From Octopus vulgaris (taxonomy: Eukaryota): a DNA stretch of 64,000 bases. Shown here piece after piece: positions 11,135 through 25,344 of this stretch. The position numbers and the translations under genes are program-made. Below the pieces are notes generated by a model. The model saw nothing but the letters and a program-made list of their open reading frames with translations, was not told where the DNA came from and made no database searches. The number at the start of each line of letters is the position of its first letter. Position 1 is the stretch's first letter. The stretch is from positions 19,716,001-19,780,000 of the forward strand of contig OX597831.1 of NCBI GenBank assembly GCA_951406725.2. Direction: 5' to 3'.

Positions 11135-14100
11135 TATATAATTAAGAGAAATAACTTCTATTAAGTAATTCAATAGTAAAAGACATTATCCACACCATAT
11201 AGAAAAAAAAGTGAATATACTAAAATAAATATTATTCAAAAAATCACTAAATTAAAAAAAACTTTAAATTGACTACGCGCGTTTCGTGACTATATCTTTA
11301 AATCGATAATAATAAAATGATATAAAATCGATACTATTTAAATTATTTCGATTTTAAATTAATTCGATTCAAAAATATAGCCACTCTTCAGGTCTAAAAT
11401 AATAATAAAATAAATGTATCTAAACATATAAGAAATTAACAAATAAATATAGAAATATACGTATCTTAACACTAAAAAATCGAATAAAATATAATAATAT
11501 TAATGAATAATAAAATCATAACTTATCTTATTGTAGAATTCCAGTTAACTGACATTTTAAAAGTTAAACTTATAACCTAGCGTTACTTAGAAATTCATCA
11601 CGTGACACAATGACGTAAATAATAACTATAGAATAAATAGATTGAAATATGTTATTTTAGCTATGAAAATAACAATATGTATTTTACCTGTGAAAATAAG
11701 AAATAAACCATATAACCTTTACTGGAAAAATTCCAAATTCTCAATAATTCAAAAATTAAGTACGTAAAATACATAAAATATACTAAATTTCGATAACTTA
11801 ATCTATATTCATCAATTTATCTATTTATTTTATAAACACCTTGGTTTAATCTTATTCTAATTATGTAATATACACTACATAATCTACTGCTAGTTTATAC
11901 TCATTATACTACTACAAATTATAACTACAAAAATTAGTAACATAAATTATGGTTAAATTTATACACAAATTAACTAAACTTATATAAGTAATTTACTTTA
12001 TGTCTACTTTTAATTTTTCGCTCATCTTGGTAATTAATCAATTTTTTATTATTAGATAGTAATATTTGCATAAATTCATTTGTACATAATAAACAAAAAT
12101 TATTACCTATTCGATAAGATTTAGCTTTACAAACTATCTTCCAATTTACATTATACTTAATTCCTTTAGATTTCAATTCCCATATATATTTGCTAAGTCC
12201 GGTAGAATTAATCAATGTTTTATTCTTAAATGAATTCATGTGTTGAGCCACCCTTAATTTTATTTTATTAGAGGTCGACCCCACGTATATCGCATTTAAA
12301 TTATAACTATTTGTATTAATATTATCATCAATCAAAGTCACTACACATTTATATACTACATCATCCAAATAACATTTATTTTTAATGCTTATAGTAATCA
12401 CCCACCCTCAATTAAGAAATTGTTGATAGATAATATAGGTAAAAGAATATCGATGCTTTCTTCTAATTTTGAGATTTTCCCAAAACACGCACCTTATTAT
12501 AATGAAGCCTTGCGGGATAAGGATATAATAATAGTATTAAATTCTTTAATAATTATGTCTTATCTCTAATTAATGTACAATTAATTATATTCTGGTATTT
12601 ATTATTATTGGAATAATTATTTAATTTGTTACTGTAAAACTTATAAAGCTCAAATCTATTAAAAGAAGAAATAATGTTACCAACATTATTAGTAGTAGAA
12701 TAACCAACTCCAAAATTATTACTAGAAAAAAATTTTATTATATTTTTTATTATCTATAATGAATACTTCAATTATTTTAATATCTCTTTAATAATGTTTG
12801 TTTTAACTTGAGCCCCATAAGGAATAATTAACCAAATTTTGTTCTTATTATTAACATTATTTTTCTTTATTATATTAGCATATTTATTATTATCATACTA
12901 CAAATTAAATTTATTCTTATCTTTTAGTCTATTATTATATTTTTGCATTATCATAATACCTATTATTAAAACCATAATTACCAAAATAAAACTCATCATA
13001 ATTCTTAATATTAGGTTTATTATTATAAATATCATAGGAATCATTTATATTATAAGTATATTTATATTTATTAAAGAATTTAATACTATTATTATATCCT
13101 GTATTCCACAAGGCTTCATTATAATAAGGTGCGTGTTTTGGAAAAATCTCAAAATTAGAAGAAAGCATCGAAACTCTTTTACCTATATTATCTATCAACA
13201 ATTTCTTAATTGAGGGTGGGTGATTACTATAAGCATTAATATATCTATAGTTTTCATTAATTTTATGGAATGGTTGGGTTTTACCTGTTATTAGATTAAA
13301 ATCAGCATGTAAATAATTAACATTATAGTTCTCTTTATATATAGTAAAACCTAATCTATATATCTTAAAAACCTTTGTAGTTTCTTCTTGTATAACTCTA
13401 GTGTTCTATTGGTGCAATTTTTTGTTAGTAATAAAATGTCATCCCTATATAATCCACCCTCCAACTTGAATTTTTCTAATTGAAGTTCCGATAATAAATA
13501 AATACCTACTAAATCAGTCACCTGGGCAGAATCGTGTGCCCCATAGGTATACCAAAATAGTCTTCAGTATCTTTCCTAGCCCACGATTTATTATTATATC
13601 TAATCAACGATTTTCTAGCGTCTTTAACTGCATTAACTTCATCATAAGTCATTCCAACCTTATATATTGCATAAATTAGGGCCTTATTGAGTACAATCTC
13701 ATTTATAGAAGAATAATAATTATCTATATCTATTTGAATGAATTGATATCTATTTTTATCATTGGTATTATTAAACCATTTTAAAGTATCATTAGTACTA
13801 CTCCAAAGCTTTAGATAATTAAGTTCATTTAATCCATTAATATATTTATCTAAAATGATCTCACTTAATTTACCTAGATCTGATTTACATGGATAAATAA
13901 GTTGGTCAGAATAAAAATTATCCTTATGGTCTTTTAAATTAATTCTAGGGTGCATAGGTACATAAAGTTCAGTTTTATAATCTGACTCATATTTCATCAA
14001 GATTAATTTAGAGTCCTCATCTATATTATAAAGATTATTTTCAGGAACAATTTTATATTTTTTATTTATTTATTTCTCTAATAGATTATCATATAACTTA

Positions 14101-14180
14101 ACATCTAGTTTATACAGGTTCCTAGTTTCATCTGATTGTACTATAATTCCTTCCATATTTCGCATTTCTTTTATTCTTAT
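11135..14180 (-). mobile_element. Degenerate AT-rich Penelope-like element (YRDD-type RT + GIY-YIG)
   Basis: FIQIDIDNYYSSI, FGIPMG, GGLYRDDILL (about 13430-13465), NHPPSI; GIY-YIG VVYKC...YVGSTSNKIKLRVAQH (11970-12375); hammerhead downstream. Confidence 0.85.
11271..11394 (-). ncRNA. Type I minimal hammerhead ribozyme
   Basis: GAC-CUGAAGA-GUGGCUAUAU...AUAUAGUCAC-GAAAC-GCGC-GUA/GUC: full core, 10-bp stem II base, palindromic loop III. Confidence 0.85.
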
Positions 14181-14199
14181 ACCCAGATTTCTTAAATAT

Positions 14200-15060
14200 T
14201 AATTGTGCCTAAACAAACAGATTCTCAACAATACTTACTATTCTCCTCATTTTGTCCCAAACACACGAAGAGTAATATCCCCTTTAATCTAGCAAGAAAA
14301 ATCGCAATCAACTCAAACCCTGAAACCTGCAAAAAAAGATTCCAGGAACTAAAACAAGAACCAATATCCATTAATAGTGATAGACAACGGAACAGAATGT
14401 GCCAAGGCAATAAATATCGAACGACTACAGAAAACGAAAAACGCTCCAGATACATCCAATAATCTACCTTTTATTACAACACACAATCCAAGAAACACAG
14501 AATTGTCTATTAGCATCAATATTATCTAACAGAACATCCCACTACTAAAATGAAACCTAAGAATGAAACAAGCATTCGAAATACACAAAATAGTCAAAAG
14601 TAATTGACAATCAAAGTCCCTCAAAAAATTCCTTACGAGTGCAACATTACCTTCGACAGTTCCTACACCAACAGCCAAAATATGTGGCCTCCCTAATTCC
14701 TGGACTTGTATCACCTTTATTGAAGACACAGCATACAAATTCAAATCAGGACAGATTTTACCGTAAAATTCACTTTACATGTTCTTCAAGGAATTTAATA
14801 TACGCTATCAAATATCAAGGATGTAATGAAGATTACACATGTCAAACAAAGCTTACTCTAAGAAATAGACTAACCATTCACCGACAACAAGTACGGGACC
14901 CCAATACTAGACAGATTCCACTGAGTGGTCACATAGACATATGTGCAAAAAATAAGTCTCCCAAAATCCAAGTCTTCTCAATCTATGTTTAGCGAATACC
15001 ACAAATGAAGCACGATAAACAAAGAAAATACTTAGCAAGAATTAGCAAGCTTTAACTGCG
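14200..15060 (+). mobile_element. Degenerate PLE (Neptune-like) RT thumb + GIY-YIG
   Basis: KQTDSQQYLLFSS..PKHTKSNIPFNLARKI; FTCSSRNLIYAI...QTKLTLRNRLTIHRQQVRD; frameshifted. Confidence 0.8.
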
Positions 15061-15779
15061 TACATATACAAATAACTATTCACACTTAAAATTCATTCTA
15101 CCAAGTATCATGAGGAAGTTACACAACTAGCAACCAAAATTTTAATAATTAGACTACATACAAACGATTCCTTTCCACTCTCCCACCCGACAGATTAAAT
15201 TCGGAGTGCCTTGGTTATTACTAAACATGTTCACTCAACCGTGTCGGTCTTCTTTTTAGGCGTAAAATATATTATCATGTGACACTAACGCACGGACGTA
15301 GTGGGAAACGTACAAAAGGTTAAAAACTTAATCGTGTGTTCAGGCTCTACAAACACTTGATAGAAAACATTCTGAGCATTGAATGTTTGAACTTTTTCAG
15401 TTAAATGTGTCAACCTTAACTTACGACACCAAACATTGTCACTTGATACTAAGACGCAGACGTAGCGAGGAACCTACAAACATTTCTAAGACCAATCATG
15501 TGACTACCCTCTACTAATCAAATCCTATTCAAAACATATACTTATTTGAGCCATGAACTCCCTATAAAAACATGGCAAAGTTCAAACACTACTCAGAAGC
15601 AAAACGGCTGCGACATAAGAAACGTCTTTCTTTTTGAACTTTTGAAAATCAGTGGAAACTGTGAAAGCGGTTTAAGCTTCAAATATATTAATAAAGAATA
15701 TTTTAGCTATTCTCAGTGCATTTTAACATTCTGTTTTTTCCTATGTTTCTATCCGTGTGGAATAAACTAACCTTGATAA

Positions 15780-16950
15780 ATATATTGGGAAGGGCATATT
15801 CCATAGCGCAGAATGTGCCCACGTGGTATTTCTTTGTGTACAGTGTCACAGCATCAAGAGATTTCTTAATATCCAGTGTCAAGAGATTGTGTGATGTACG
15901 GTGTCGAGAGATTGGCAAGTGTACAGTGTCAAGAAAGAAGACATGTTTTTTTTACCGTGCCACCACTTTCTCAAAAGAGAAGTGAATGTATCGCTTTTCT
16001 TATCAGAGATTGAATAATCCATTACAGAAGAATGGAGGAAAATCTGTAGCATGAACGTAGTAATCAGCATATTTTGAATTATTTTTCATGGAGGAATCCC
16101 GAACAAAGAATTTATTCAAACCGATGCAGGGAACATTTTCTGCATCAACGAATTACAGCAGATAAGATTAACTTGGCTAATATTTTGCACTTTCTAATTG
16201 ACATGTTATATTTTGACGTGAAAGGAAGTTTTTACCCAGTGGTACCCTTCATCTTATTGGCAACGAGGAAAATGTTTAAGTACCATGAAGTTGGGGAAAT
16301 TCTGCCTCATTGGGATTCATTACTTGAAACCCATATCGAAATCAAAGAAAACCAGGAAAATAGAGTAAATCTCGAAGACTCTGAATAACAAAACGGATTT
16401 AACATTAATCCGTTAGCTGAATCACAAAATGCATTTATTTCTGTTTCTTTCCATCTACTTTCCAAACACAGTTACTAAATTATCAAAGACAAAATTTTAT
16501 CCAATAACAGTTCGTGCAACGTCTGTTTCTACGCATATCGAACAAGCATCATGTAGTTATCAATCATTGCCTTCAAAGAATACATTTTGTGTTTCGGATT
16601 CAAGATAGATATGAATATCTTGATGACTGTTATAAAAAAAAATCTGTTTCTGGTATTGTAAAGCTGATACAAGAAACATTGAAGATTACAGGAATTATTC
16701 GTGCGTCAATTGTGCCAATATGGCAGCCGGGTGAAAGGGAGTACAAATGATATTCTTTAATGGAAATTCTCGTGCTATTTCGCCACAATGTAGATGAAAT
16801 ATATTGAATTTATGTCCCAAGAATTCTATACTGAAGCAGTTAGCTTTCATGGCTGTATCTGAGTTATTTCTACGAAGTGTTCTCCTACAGAGAAAAACAT
16901 ATCTATACTTCTTTTGGTTCACATGAATTGTCAATCAGTGCATCGATATG
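15780..16950 (-). pseudogene. Possible highly decayed APE-RT LINE
   Basis: Only scattered motif echoes (LDIKKSLDAV, FGIPP, SIDMFF) in LINE order. Confidence 0.3.
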
Positions 16951-17009
16951 TGATCAATCCAGTGGTCAGTCAGAATCGATAGTGTGAAATTATTTTCATC
17001 AATTCTCAA

Positions 17010-17152
17010 TAGGCGTTGCTGTATGCTTAAGAAGCCTGCTTCCCAAGGTTTTGGGTTCAGTCTCATTGCGTGGCATCTTGGGCAAGTGTCGTCTGCTATG
17101 GCTCTGGGCTGAACAAAACTTGTGAATGGATTTGATAGAAGGAAGCTGAAAG
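17010..17152 (+). mobile_element. SINE family A, 5' half
   Basis: gggttcagtctcattgcgtggcatcttgggcaagtgtc. Confidence 0.75.
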
Positions 17153-17774
17153 AGGTCCCACCATCTAAGCAATTTTATTGACATTGTTTTGAAACCACTA
17201 TGTACCTACACACCAAGTTTCATCCGGGATGACATCGACTTCCTGTCCATCTTCCCAAAACAACTGAAACAAATTCACTTCTACTTAGTTTTGTTGTGGT
17301 ACACCAATATACCACATGATTTAGGAATAAAGGCAATTAGATACTGGGTAGAAAAACATAGAGACGTGATCTCCAACAGATTCACAGTGTCATTTATAGT
17401 AGGCGCAGTCAGACGTATTCTGGAAAACAACATATTTTTCTTCAATGGAAAGAATTACATCCAAATTAATGGCACGACAATGGGAACGAGGTTTGCTCCC
17501 GTTTACGCGAACTCTGTAAGGGCTTATCTAGAACGAATCTACCAAGAAGTTGAGGAAAACTATGGCACTGGATTTAGAAATTATATTGAAAAGGCATGGA
17601 AGACATACCTTAACGATTTTTCATATTCTGGACAGAATCTGTAAATACTCTGGAAGAGTTCAATATCCTCCTGAACAACCTACACTCATCTCTCCAATAT
17701 ACAAAAGAGATGAGTAGTACCAAATTACCATTCCAAGATATAATGGTGATTAAAATGGACACCACCATTACCAC

Positions 17775-17830
<56 letters not shown>

Positions 17831-18960
17831 TGCAAACATATAGACACACATCAATACGTGAATTCTAAGTCGTGCCATCCACCACATACAAAACGCAACA
17901 ACCCGTACTGCCTAGCCAGAAGAATTTGCACCATTGTAGAAGACGCAAATATCAGGAACAAACACCTAACAGAACTAAGAAAATTTTTGCTCAAACAAAA
18001 ATACCCGTCTGCTTATAGAAAATGGAATGCAGCGGGCTATAAAAAGACCCATACATCAACTGAGGACAACTCAAAGAAGAGGAAAACAGAAATATGTCAT
18101 AACATTTATAGTGACATACAACCCGTATCCCCAGAATATCTTCAATATTGCCACAGAAAACCAACCAATCATAGTTCAAAGTAATGAATTTAAAGATATA
18201 ATCACAGATCGAGCTATGGTTCTAAGTAAAAGACAAACTAAAATTTGAAAACATAATTAACAAAGGCAAAGTTTTACCTTAGCAACAAAGACCAATCTTT
18301 CACTGTATTTAAATGCAACGATAGCCGATGTGGCACATGTCAATTCATACATACTGGTCAATATATGAATACAAACACGAGAAAAATATTCACAAACGCA
18401 AATATGAACAGCAGAAGGAGAAATTTCATTGACTGCATCAAATTGTGAAGAACTATATGTAGGTCAGACTGGAACAGCACTATCAGAACGTTCACGTGTG
18501 CACCGACAGCAAATAAGAGACCCAGATGTCCGTCACATACCTTTGAGCAACCATCTAGCAACATGCAGTCAGAAAATATTTAAAATATTTCCATTCCAAA
18601 AACTACACGGTCCAAGTGAAATTGAGAGAAAAATCAGAGAAAAGAACTTTATTAATAAATTCCAACCAAAGCTAAATAAGCAATAATACTAATACTTAGA
18701 GGTACTATTTCTACTGCTACGACCACTACCACTAACAACAACAAAATACTAAAGGTGCTCATGATGACGATAGCAGGAAAATACTAGCTGAGTCAAGAGA
18801 AAAATACATGAACCTGAAGAATAGATAGCTTAATGCATGAAAGTACTAGTTCAATCAGAATGGACATTTAATATTCTATCATTTCATTATATTATATTAT
18901 GTTATATTATTATAAGATCGTAAATAAAACGTGAAAATCAGTTGGTATTTCTTAGTGTAA
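17153..18960 (+). mobile_element. Degenerate PLE (Neptune-like), RT + GIY-YIG + terminal hammerhead
   Basis: YTNIPHDLG, ILENNIFFFNGKNYIQINGTTMGTRFAPVYAN, SCHPPHTKRNNPYCLARRIC, CEELYVGQTGTALSERSRVHRQQIRD; ends in (TA)n. Confidence 0.9.
18809..18853 (+). ncRNA. Type I minimal hammerhead ribozyme
   Basis: UGAAC-CUGAAGA-(weak stem II)-GAAA-GUAC-UA/GUUCA; palindromic loop III; about 120 nt after the GIY-YIG stop. Confidence 0.7.
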
Positions 18961-18998
18961 TATATTCTTCTATACACAATCATACACACCCGTATATT

Positions 18999-19044
<46 letters not shown>

Positions 19045-19299
19045 ATCATGTACGTATATATATATATATATACATACATGTATATATATATACATATATA
19101 TATATATACATCTATGTATGTATATATATATATAACAAGATCTCAGAACACTCCCCAAATTGCATGCATAAGAATTATGCAAACTACAAGAACTATAGAC
19201 CTACCCGGCAACCAGATTGATGACACCCCACCCACAAACCCCCCAATCCCACCGTTCCCCTAGCACCCCCGATTACCTTTTCTCCTAAGACCTTTCACA

Positions 19300-19412
19300 T
19301 ATTGTATGTGTACGCTTGTATATGTGTATCGTATATATGTATAGAAATGTATGGGTATAGTAGGAATATACGCATGTATTATGTGTGTGTGTGTGTATGT
19401 ATGTATGTAAAA

Positions 19413-19446
<34 letters not shown>

Positions 19447-19727
19447 GTATATATGTATATATGTGTGTATGCATATGTATGTGTATATGTATGTGTGTAT
19501 ATATATGTATGTATATATAAAATATTATATAATTAGGGCTTAGTAAAATAAATTACTTTGCCACATACTGAACTTTCTAGAAATAGCAGCCAAAAAAGTT
19601 TTTTAGCCACTTCCACTACTTAAAGAAAATTTCTCTCAGACAATGTTTACTCAAAGATAATGGTCCTTTTACATACTGAATACTTGGTGAAATTGATTAA
19701 TAACTAATTAACTTTACCCTCAATTGT

Positions 19728-19795
<68 letters not shown>

Positions 19796-20206
19796 CTGTG
19801 TGTATATATATGTGTGTATATATATATTAATATATATATATATATATATGTATATGTATATGTATGTGTATATGTATATATATATATATAAGTGTACGCG
19901 AGTATGTCGATGTATATGTAGGTATGTAGAGTTATGTGTATGTGCATGTATGTGTGTGTATATACAGATTGTAGATGGGTATATATATGTGTGTATATAT
20001 ATATATATATGTGTGTATATATGTGTGTGTATTTGTATATATATATATGTATATATGTAGGTATGTAGAGTTATACGTATGTGCATGTGTATATATATGT
20101 ATATATATATATGTATGTGTATGTGTATGTATGTATATATATGTGTGTGTGTGAGTATGTGTGTATATGTATGTATATATGTATATATGTGTGTATGTGT
20201 ATGTGT

Positions 20207-20305
<99 letters not shown>

Positions 20306-20431
20306 AATATGTGTGTGTATATGTACATATGTATATATATGTATATATATATATATATATGTGTGTAAGTGTGTGTATATATGTATGTGTAAGTGTGTGT
20401 GTGTGTATGAGTATGTATGTATGTAGGCACA

Positions 20432-20471
<40 letters not shown>

Positions 20472-20562
20472 GTGTGTATGTATATGTGTGTATGTATATG
20501 TATGTGTGTGTGTATATATATATGTATGTGTGTGTGTGTATGTGTGTATATGTATATGTATG

Positions 20563-20605
<43 letters not shown>

Positions 20606-20804
20606 ATGTGTATGTGTGTGTATGTATATGTATGCATATATATATATATATATATATATATGTGTATGTATATGTATGTATGTATGTGTGTGTATGTGTA
20701 TGTGTATATGTACATATACGTGTACGCTCGTGTGTTTATGTATATGTAGGTACGTAGAGTTATGTATGTGTGTATGTATATGTACATATGTGTAAGTATG
20801 TATA

Positions 20805-20845
<41 letters not shown>

Positions 20846-21213
20846 AAGTTTATATGTATGTATCCGTCTGTATAATAGGTAACTGCACGTATATATACTT
20901 AATATTTATTATTTATTTTTTGAGTATGCATGTATGTATATGAATAACTGCACGTATATATATTTTATTATTATTTATTTTTTGAGTATGCATGTAATAT
21001 ATGACCATAAGGAGGCGCGTGTGTGTGTGTGTATGTGTAAGCATATGTATAGATATATGTATACTTTTACGCATGTGTGTACTTATGTGTATATATGGAT
21101 GCGCGTGTGTATGTGTGTGTATGGGTACGCATGTATATGTGTATGTGTGTGTATGTGTATATGTGTATGTATGTGTGTGTGTATATATGTATATGTATGT
21201 ATGTACATGTATG

Positions 21214-21258
<45 letters not shown>

Positions 21259-21351
21259 GTGTATGTGTATATGTATGTATATGTATATGTGTGGGTGTGT
21301 ATGTGTATATATGTATGTATGTATGGGTGTATGTATGTATGTATATATACG

Positions 21352-21386
<35 letters not shown>

Positions 21387-22135
21387 TTGTATGTAGGTGT
21401 ATATGTATGTGTGTATATATATTTATTGGAGTATATGTATGGACTAGTGTTCTAAGCGTGTAGACATGAATCTGTAGGTACGCGTTCGTATGTGTATATA
21501 TGTGAATGTATGTAGATGTATGTATGTATGAATATAACGCGTGCGTGCGTGTATGTGTATGAGTGTACGAATGAGTGAGTGTGCGTGCTAATGAGTGTGC
21601 GTGCGTGAGTGAGTGCTTGTGTTCAAGTAGAAAGATATATGGACTTGCTGTCGTAGCCAAGATGCTTGTGACCCGCGGTCAAAGATAACAAAAGTAATAA
21701 ATGAAGATAATAATAAAATTAAAATTAGGGAATGGGTTTGTATTTGTATGTATATGTGTGTATGTGTAGGTATGTATAGGTACACATATGTATATATATG
21801 TATATATGTATATATATATATATATATATGTATATATGTGTATATAGGGACTTGTGTGTGCATGTGTGTATGTGGATATGTGTGTGTATGTGTGTATGTG
21901 TATGTGTGTGTATGTATATATTTTTGTGTGTATATGTATGTGTGGTCGTGTGTGTATATATACATGTGTGTGTGTATATGCATGTATATGTATATATATA
22001 TATATATATGTGTGTGTATATATATGTGTGTATATATATATGTATATATATATGTGTGTGTGTGTATGTATGTGTGTATGTATATATGTGCGTGTGTGTG
22101 TGTGTATATATATACATATGTGTATAGGTATAAGT
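19300..22135. repeat. Compound (TA)/(TG)/(TATG) microsatellite field
   Basis: Direct read; contains short duplicated unique blocks (e.g. about 20878-20935 and 20943-20998). Confidence 0.9.
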
Positions 22136-22339
22136 GAGAATCTCCTTATTTACCTAAAACTCTATTCTTCTATATATTTTTTTATTCTTTTATTTATTCT
22201 TTTATCTAATTTACCACTGACTCCTTGACCACTCCCCCAAGTATTATATTTTGCGCTATGCCTACCCCCAAAAAGTCCCCCACCACCACCCCTTTAAACC
22301 TGCCTAAATGTATAAATGCCAATACAATTCTTGTTAACT

Positions 22340-22390
22340 AGCTTCCTGATGATTTCTCTTGAATGAAACAGTTCTAGTCCTGTAGAAGCT
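22340..22390 (+). ncRNA. Type I hammerhead ribozyme
   Basis: AGCUUC-CUGAUGA-UUUC UCUU GAAU-GAAA-CAG UUCUAGUC CUG-UA/GAAGCU: 6-bp stem I, 4-bp stem III, canonical core. Confidence 0.85.
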
Positions 22391-22473
22391 CCTTCTATAT
22401 AATAAATTAATTTTACTCTGCTATGTATTGAGTACCTTATTTACTGTGGTTAACCCTGAATCAACCCGGGACC

Positions 22474-22517
<44 letters not shown>

Positions 22518-22521
<4 letters not shown>

Positions 22522-22772
22522 GAGCAAGATACGTTGCTCCAGTCTACTCAGCTGGCAAAACTTAATGAGCTGCCCCTGTATTTCAAGGGGCTTGTATATA
22601 AATGAGTTGTACCTGTATTTCACACTGTGTCATGCTGAATCTCCCCGAAATCTACGTTATGGGTACACTCGTCTGTGGAGTGCTCGGCCACTTGCCCGTT
22701 AATTTAATGAGCAGGCTGTTCCGATGATCAGATCAACTGGAACCCTCGTCATCATAACAGACGGAGTGCCAC
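22518..22772 (+). mobile_element. 5'-truncated CORE-like SINE
   Basis: ccttgagcaag...gttgctccagtctactcagctg shared with 57640-57988; different tail. Confidence 0.6.
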
Positions 22773-22869
22773 GATATATATGTACATACATATATATATG
22801 TTTTTGTGTGTGTTTGTTTGGGTGCTGAGTGTGTGTGTATATGTATGTGTGCGTGTATCTTTGTGTTAT

Positions 22870-23068
22870 GTCTATCCCCCTCCATTGCCTAAAAGCCGGT
22901 GTTGATTTGTTTCCGTTCTTATGACCCCAGCAGTTCAGCCAAAGAATGTGACAGAACTATCATGGTTTAAGAAATAAGTACTGATGGGCGGTTTGCTCCA
23001 TTACACAATTCAAGGCTGTGCCCCAGCATGGTCACAGTCCAATGACTGAAACGAGTACAAGATAAAAG
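22870..23068 (+). mobile_element. SINE family A, diverged 3' half
   Basis: ...gtgccccagcatggtcacagtccaatgactgaaac. Confidence 0.7.
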
Positions 23069-23622
23069 CGTATGGAATATGGTCCTGCAGTACGCTCTGA
23101 AACAATTTCATACCAAATACCAGAAAATAACTAACAGGGCCTAAGAAAGACATATCGGTTTTTAGATAAACATTCGTGTCATTCGCATTGATATTGATTA
23201 AAGGATGTTGCTTCCTTTTAAATCTCTGACTTTGTATTACAGGATAAAAGATGTCTCCGCTTATTTTGAAGAAGACAAAAGTTGAATTGTCATTGAGGAT
23301 CTACTCCGCTGACAGAATTAAAATCCACTTACAGACGGCAACTTGAAAGAACAAATAGATATAGAGAACAGAAAACTAAAGAAATATTTTAATAATCCAG
23401 TCAAGGGATGAGAGCCACAACAACTTTTCTTGACAGAAGATGCAAGGATATTATTTGGGACAGCAACGGAGATTTGTTTTATGTCACTGTTCTAAAACAA
23501 GTTTTGATGCTACAAAATATTTTTGATGTTCTTTCATTTCTCCGTTGTATTATATTTTGGTCTGACCACTAAGAGAAGATTGTTCTCAAGAAATTTCAGC
23601 AAATGCCAGAACGTAAATTTAA

Positions 23623-23680
<58 letters not shown>

Positions 23681-23708
23681 GTATGTATATATATGCATAT
23701 ATATATAC

Positions 23709-23780
<72 letters not shown>

Positions 23781-23789
23781 TAAATTTGT

Positions 23790-24082
23790 CCTTGGTCAAA
23801 AGACACCTGTTGTTATGTCCTGTTATTTATATTTGTGTAACATTTCTGTTTTTATTTTCTCCGTCCTTGTTTCGTATACAATCGCTGCTTTCTTCCAAGG
23901 AATCTAATGCTCTTAGCTTATTTTTCCTTGGGAATCGCCAGATTAGAGCAATCTCGAGTATAACCAGCCGAAATTGCAAAGATAGTCTGGAACTCGACTG
24001 AGGATAGAAAACTCCGAATCACCCGTCCTTGTTTTCCTTGTATCGTCTGTCTGCATATTTTGCGTTCTTGTCCCATTTTTGT
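23790..24082 (+). mobile_element. Microsatellite-embedded structured repeat (second, partial copy at 2528-2680)
   Basis: aaccagccgaaa.tgcaaagata...aaaactccgaatcacccgtccttgttt occurs at both loci. Confidence 0.7.
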
Positions 24083-24090
24083 ATGTATAC

Positions 24091-24160
<70 letters not shown>

Positions 24161-24872
24161 CATGTTGTGTTTGGGAGGAGTCATTATGTCTTTACGCCTT
24201 ATTAACTAACACTATCACCGGTTCGATTTCCATTCGGTTCATTTATATATTTTTCCCCAGAATTTTCTTTGCTTTTTGCAACCTTCTCAATATTTGTCGA
24301 CTCTATCCGTTATCGGTGTTCCGTTCCTTTTCTTTGTTTGTGCGCATGTGTGTGCATCAGCATGATTGTGCATACACATATGTATGTACGTATGTATGTA
24401 TGTATCTATGTATGTTTGTATGTATGTATGTATGTATGTATGTATGTATGTATGCATGTATGTATGTGTGTTTATGTGTGTGTGTCTGTGTGTGTGAGTA
24501 TGCATATATGTATGTATGTGTGTACTATCTATGTATGTATTCTGCATATTCATGCTTTTGTGGGGGGGGTTTGTATGTGTGTGTGTGTCTGTGTAAATCT
24601 TTTGACCACAGATTATGCTTTATTACAACGCTGATATAAATGACAAAGAAATTTCTAATACATTCGTCAGCAGATAAATCTACGACACAAAAGGCAAATA
24701 TATAAGCCTATACATTATAGATATTTATCATCAAACAAAACGACATCGAGTAGGACAACACGGTTCCAAATCTCTGTAAATCACTCGGGGCTGTCTTCAC
24801 GATGCCTGAAACGGGAACCTCAACAGACAGTTTGCTTTAAGAAAACCTAAACTGATAAAGAACAAAAACACC

Positions 24873-25235
24873 CTTTACTCTTTTACTTGTTTCAGTCATT
24901 TGACTGCGGTCATACTGCAGCACCGCCTGTAGTCGAGCAAATCGACCCCAGGACTTATTCTTTGTAAGCCTAGTACGTATACTATCGGTCTATTTTGCCG
25001 AACAGCTAAGTTACGGGGACGTAAACACACCAGCATCGCGACAAACACAGACATATACACAGATACATATATACGACGGGCTTCTTTCAGTTTCCGTCTA
25101 CCCAATCCATTTACAAGTGTTTGATCGGCCCGAGGCTGTAGTAGAAGACACTTTCCCAAGATGCCACGCTGTGGGACTGAACCGGTACCATGTGGTTTGT
25201 AAGCAAGCTACGTACCACACAGCCACTCCTACGCC
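24873..25235 (-). mobile_element. SINE family A, near full length
   Basis: Reverse complement of 9466-9865 with a small internal deletion. Confidence 0.9.
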
Positions 25236-25344
25236 TATATACCCTGTCATAAAAATCCCGTCACAATGTCGTCTGATTTACTTCTTCTCAAAGCAATATG
25301 GAATCGGAAATTAGTTGCAGTATTTATTTAAGATGTAACAGATA

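Noticed and set aside
19697-22228. Long Y/I/H/T/V/C/M-rich ORFs (also 42397-44082 and many others)
   Set aside because: Translations of TA/TG/TATG microsatellites
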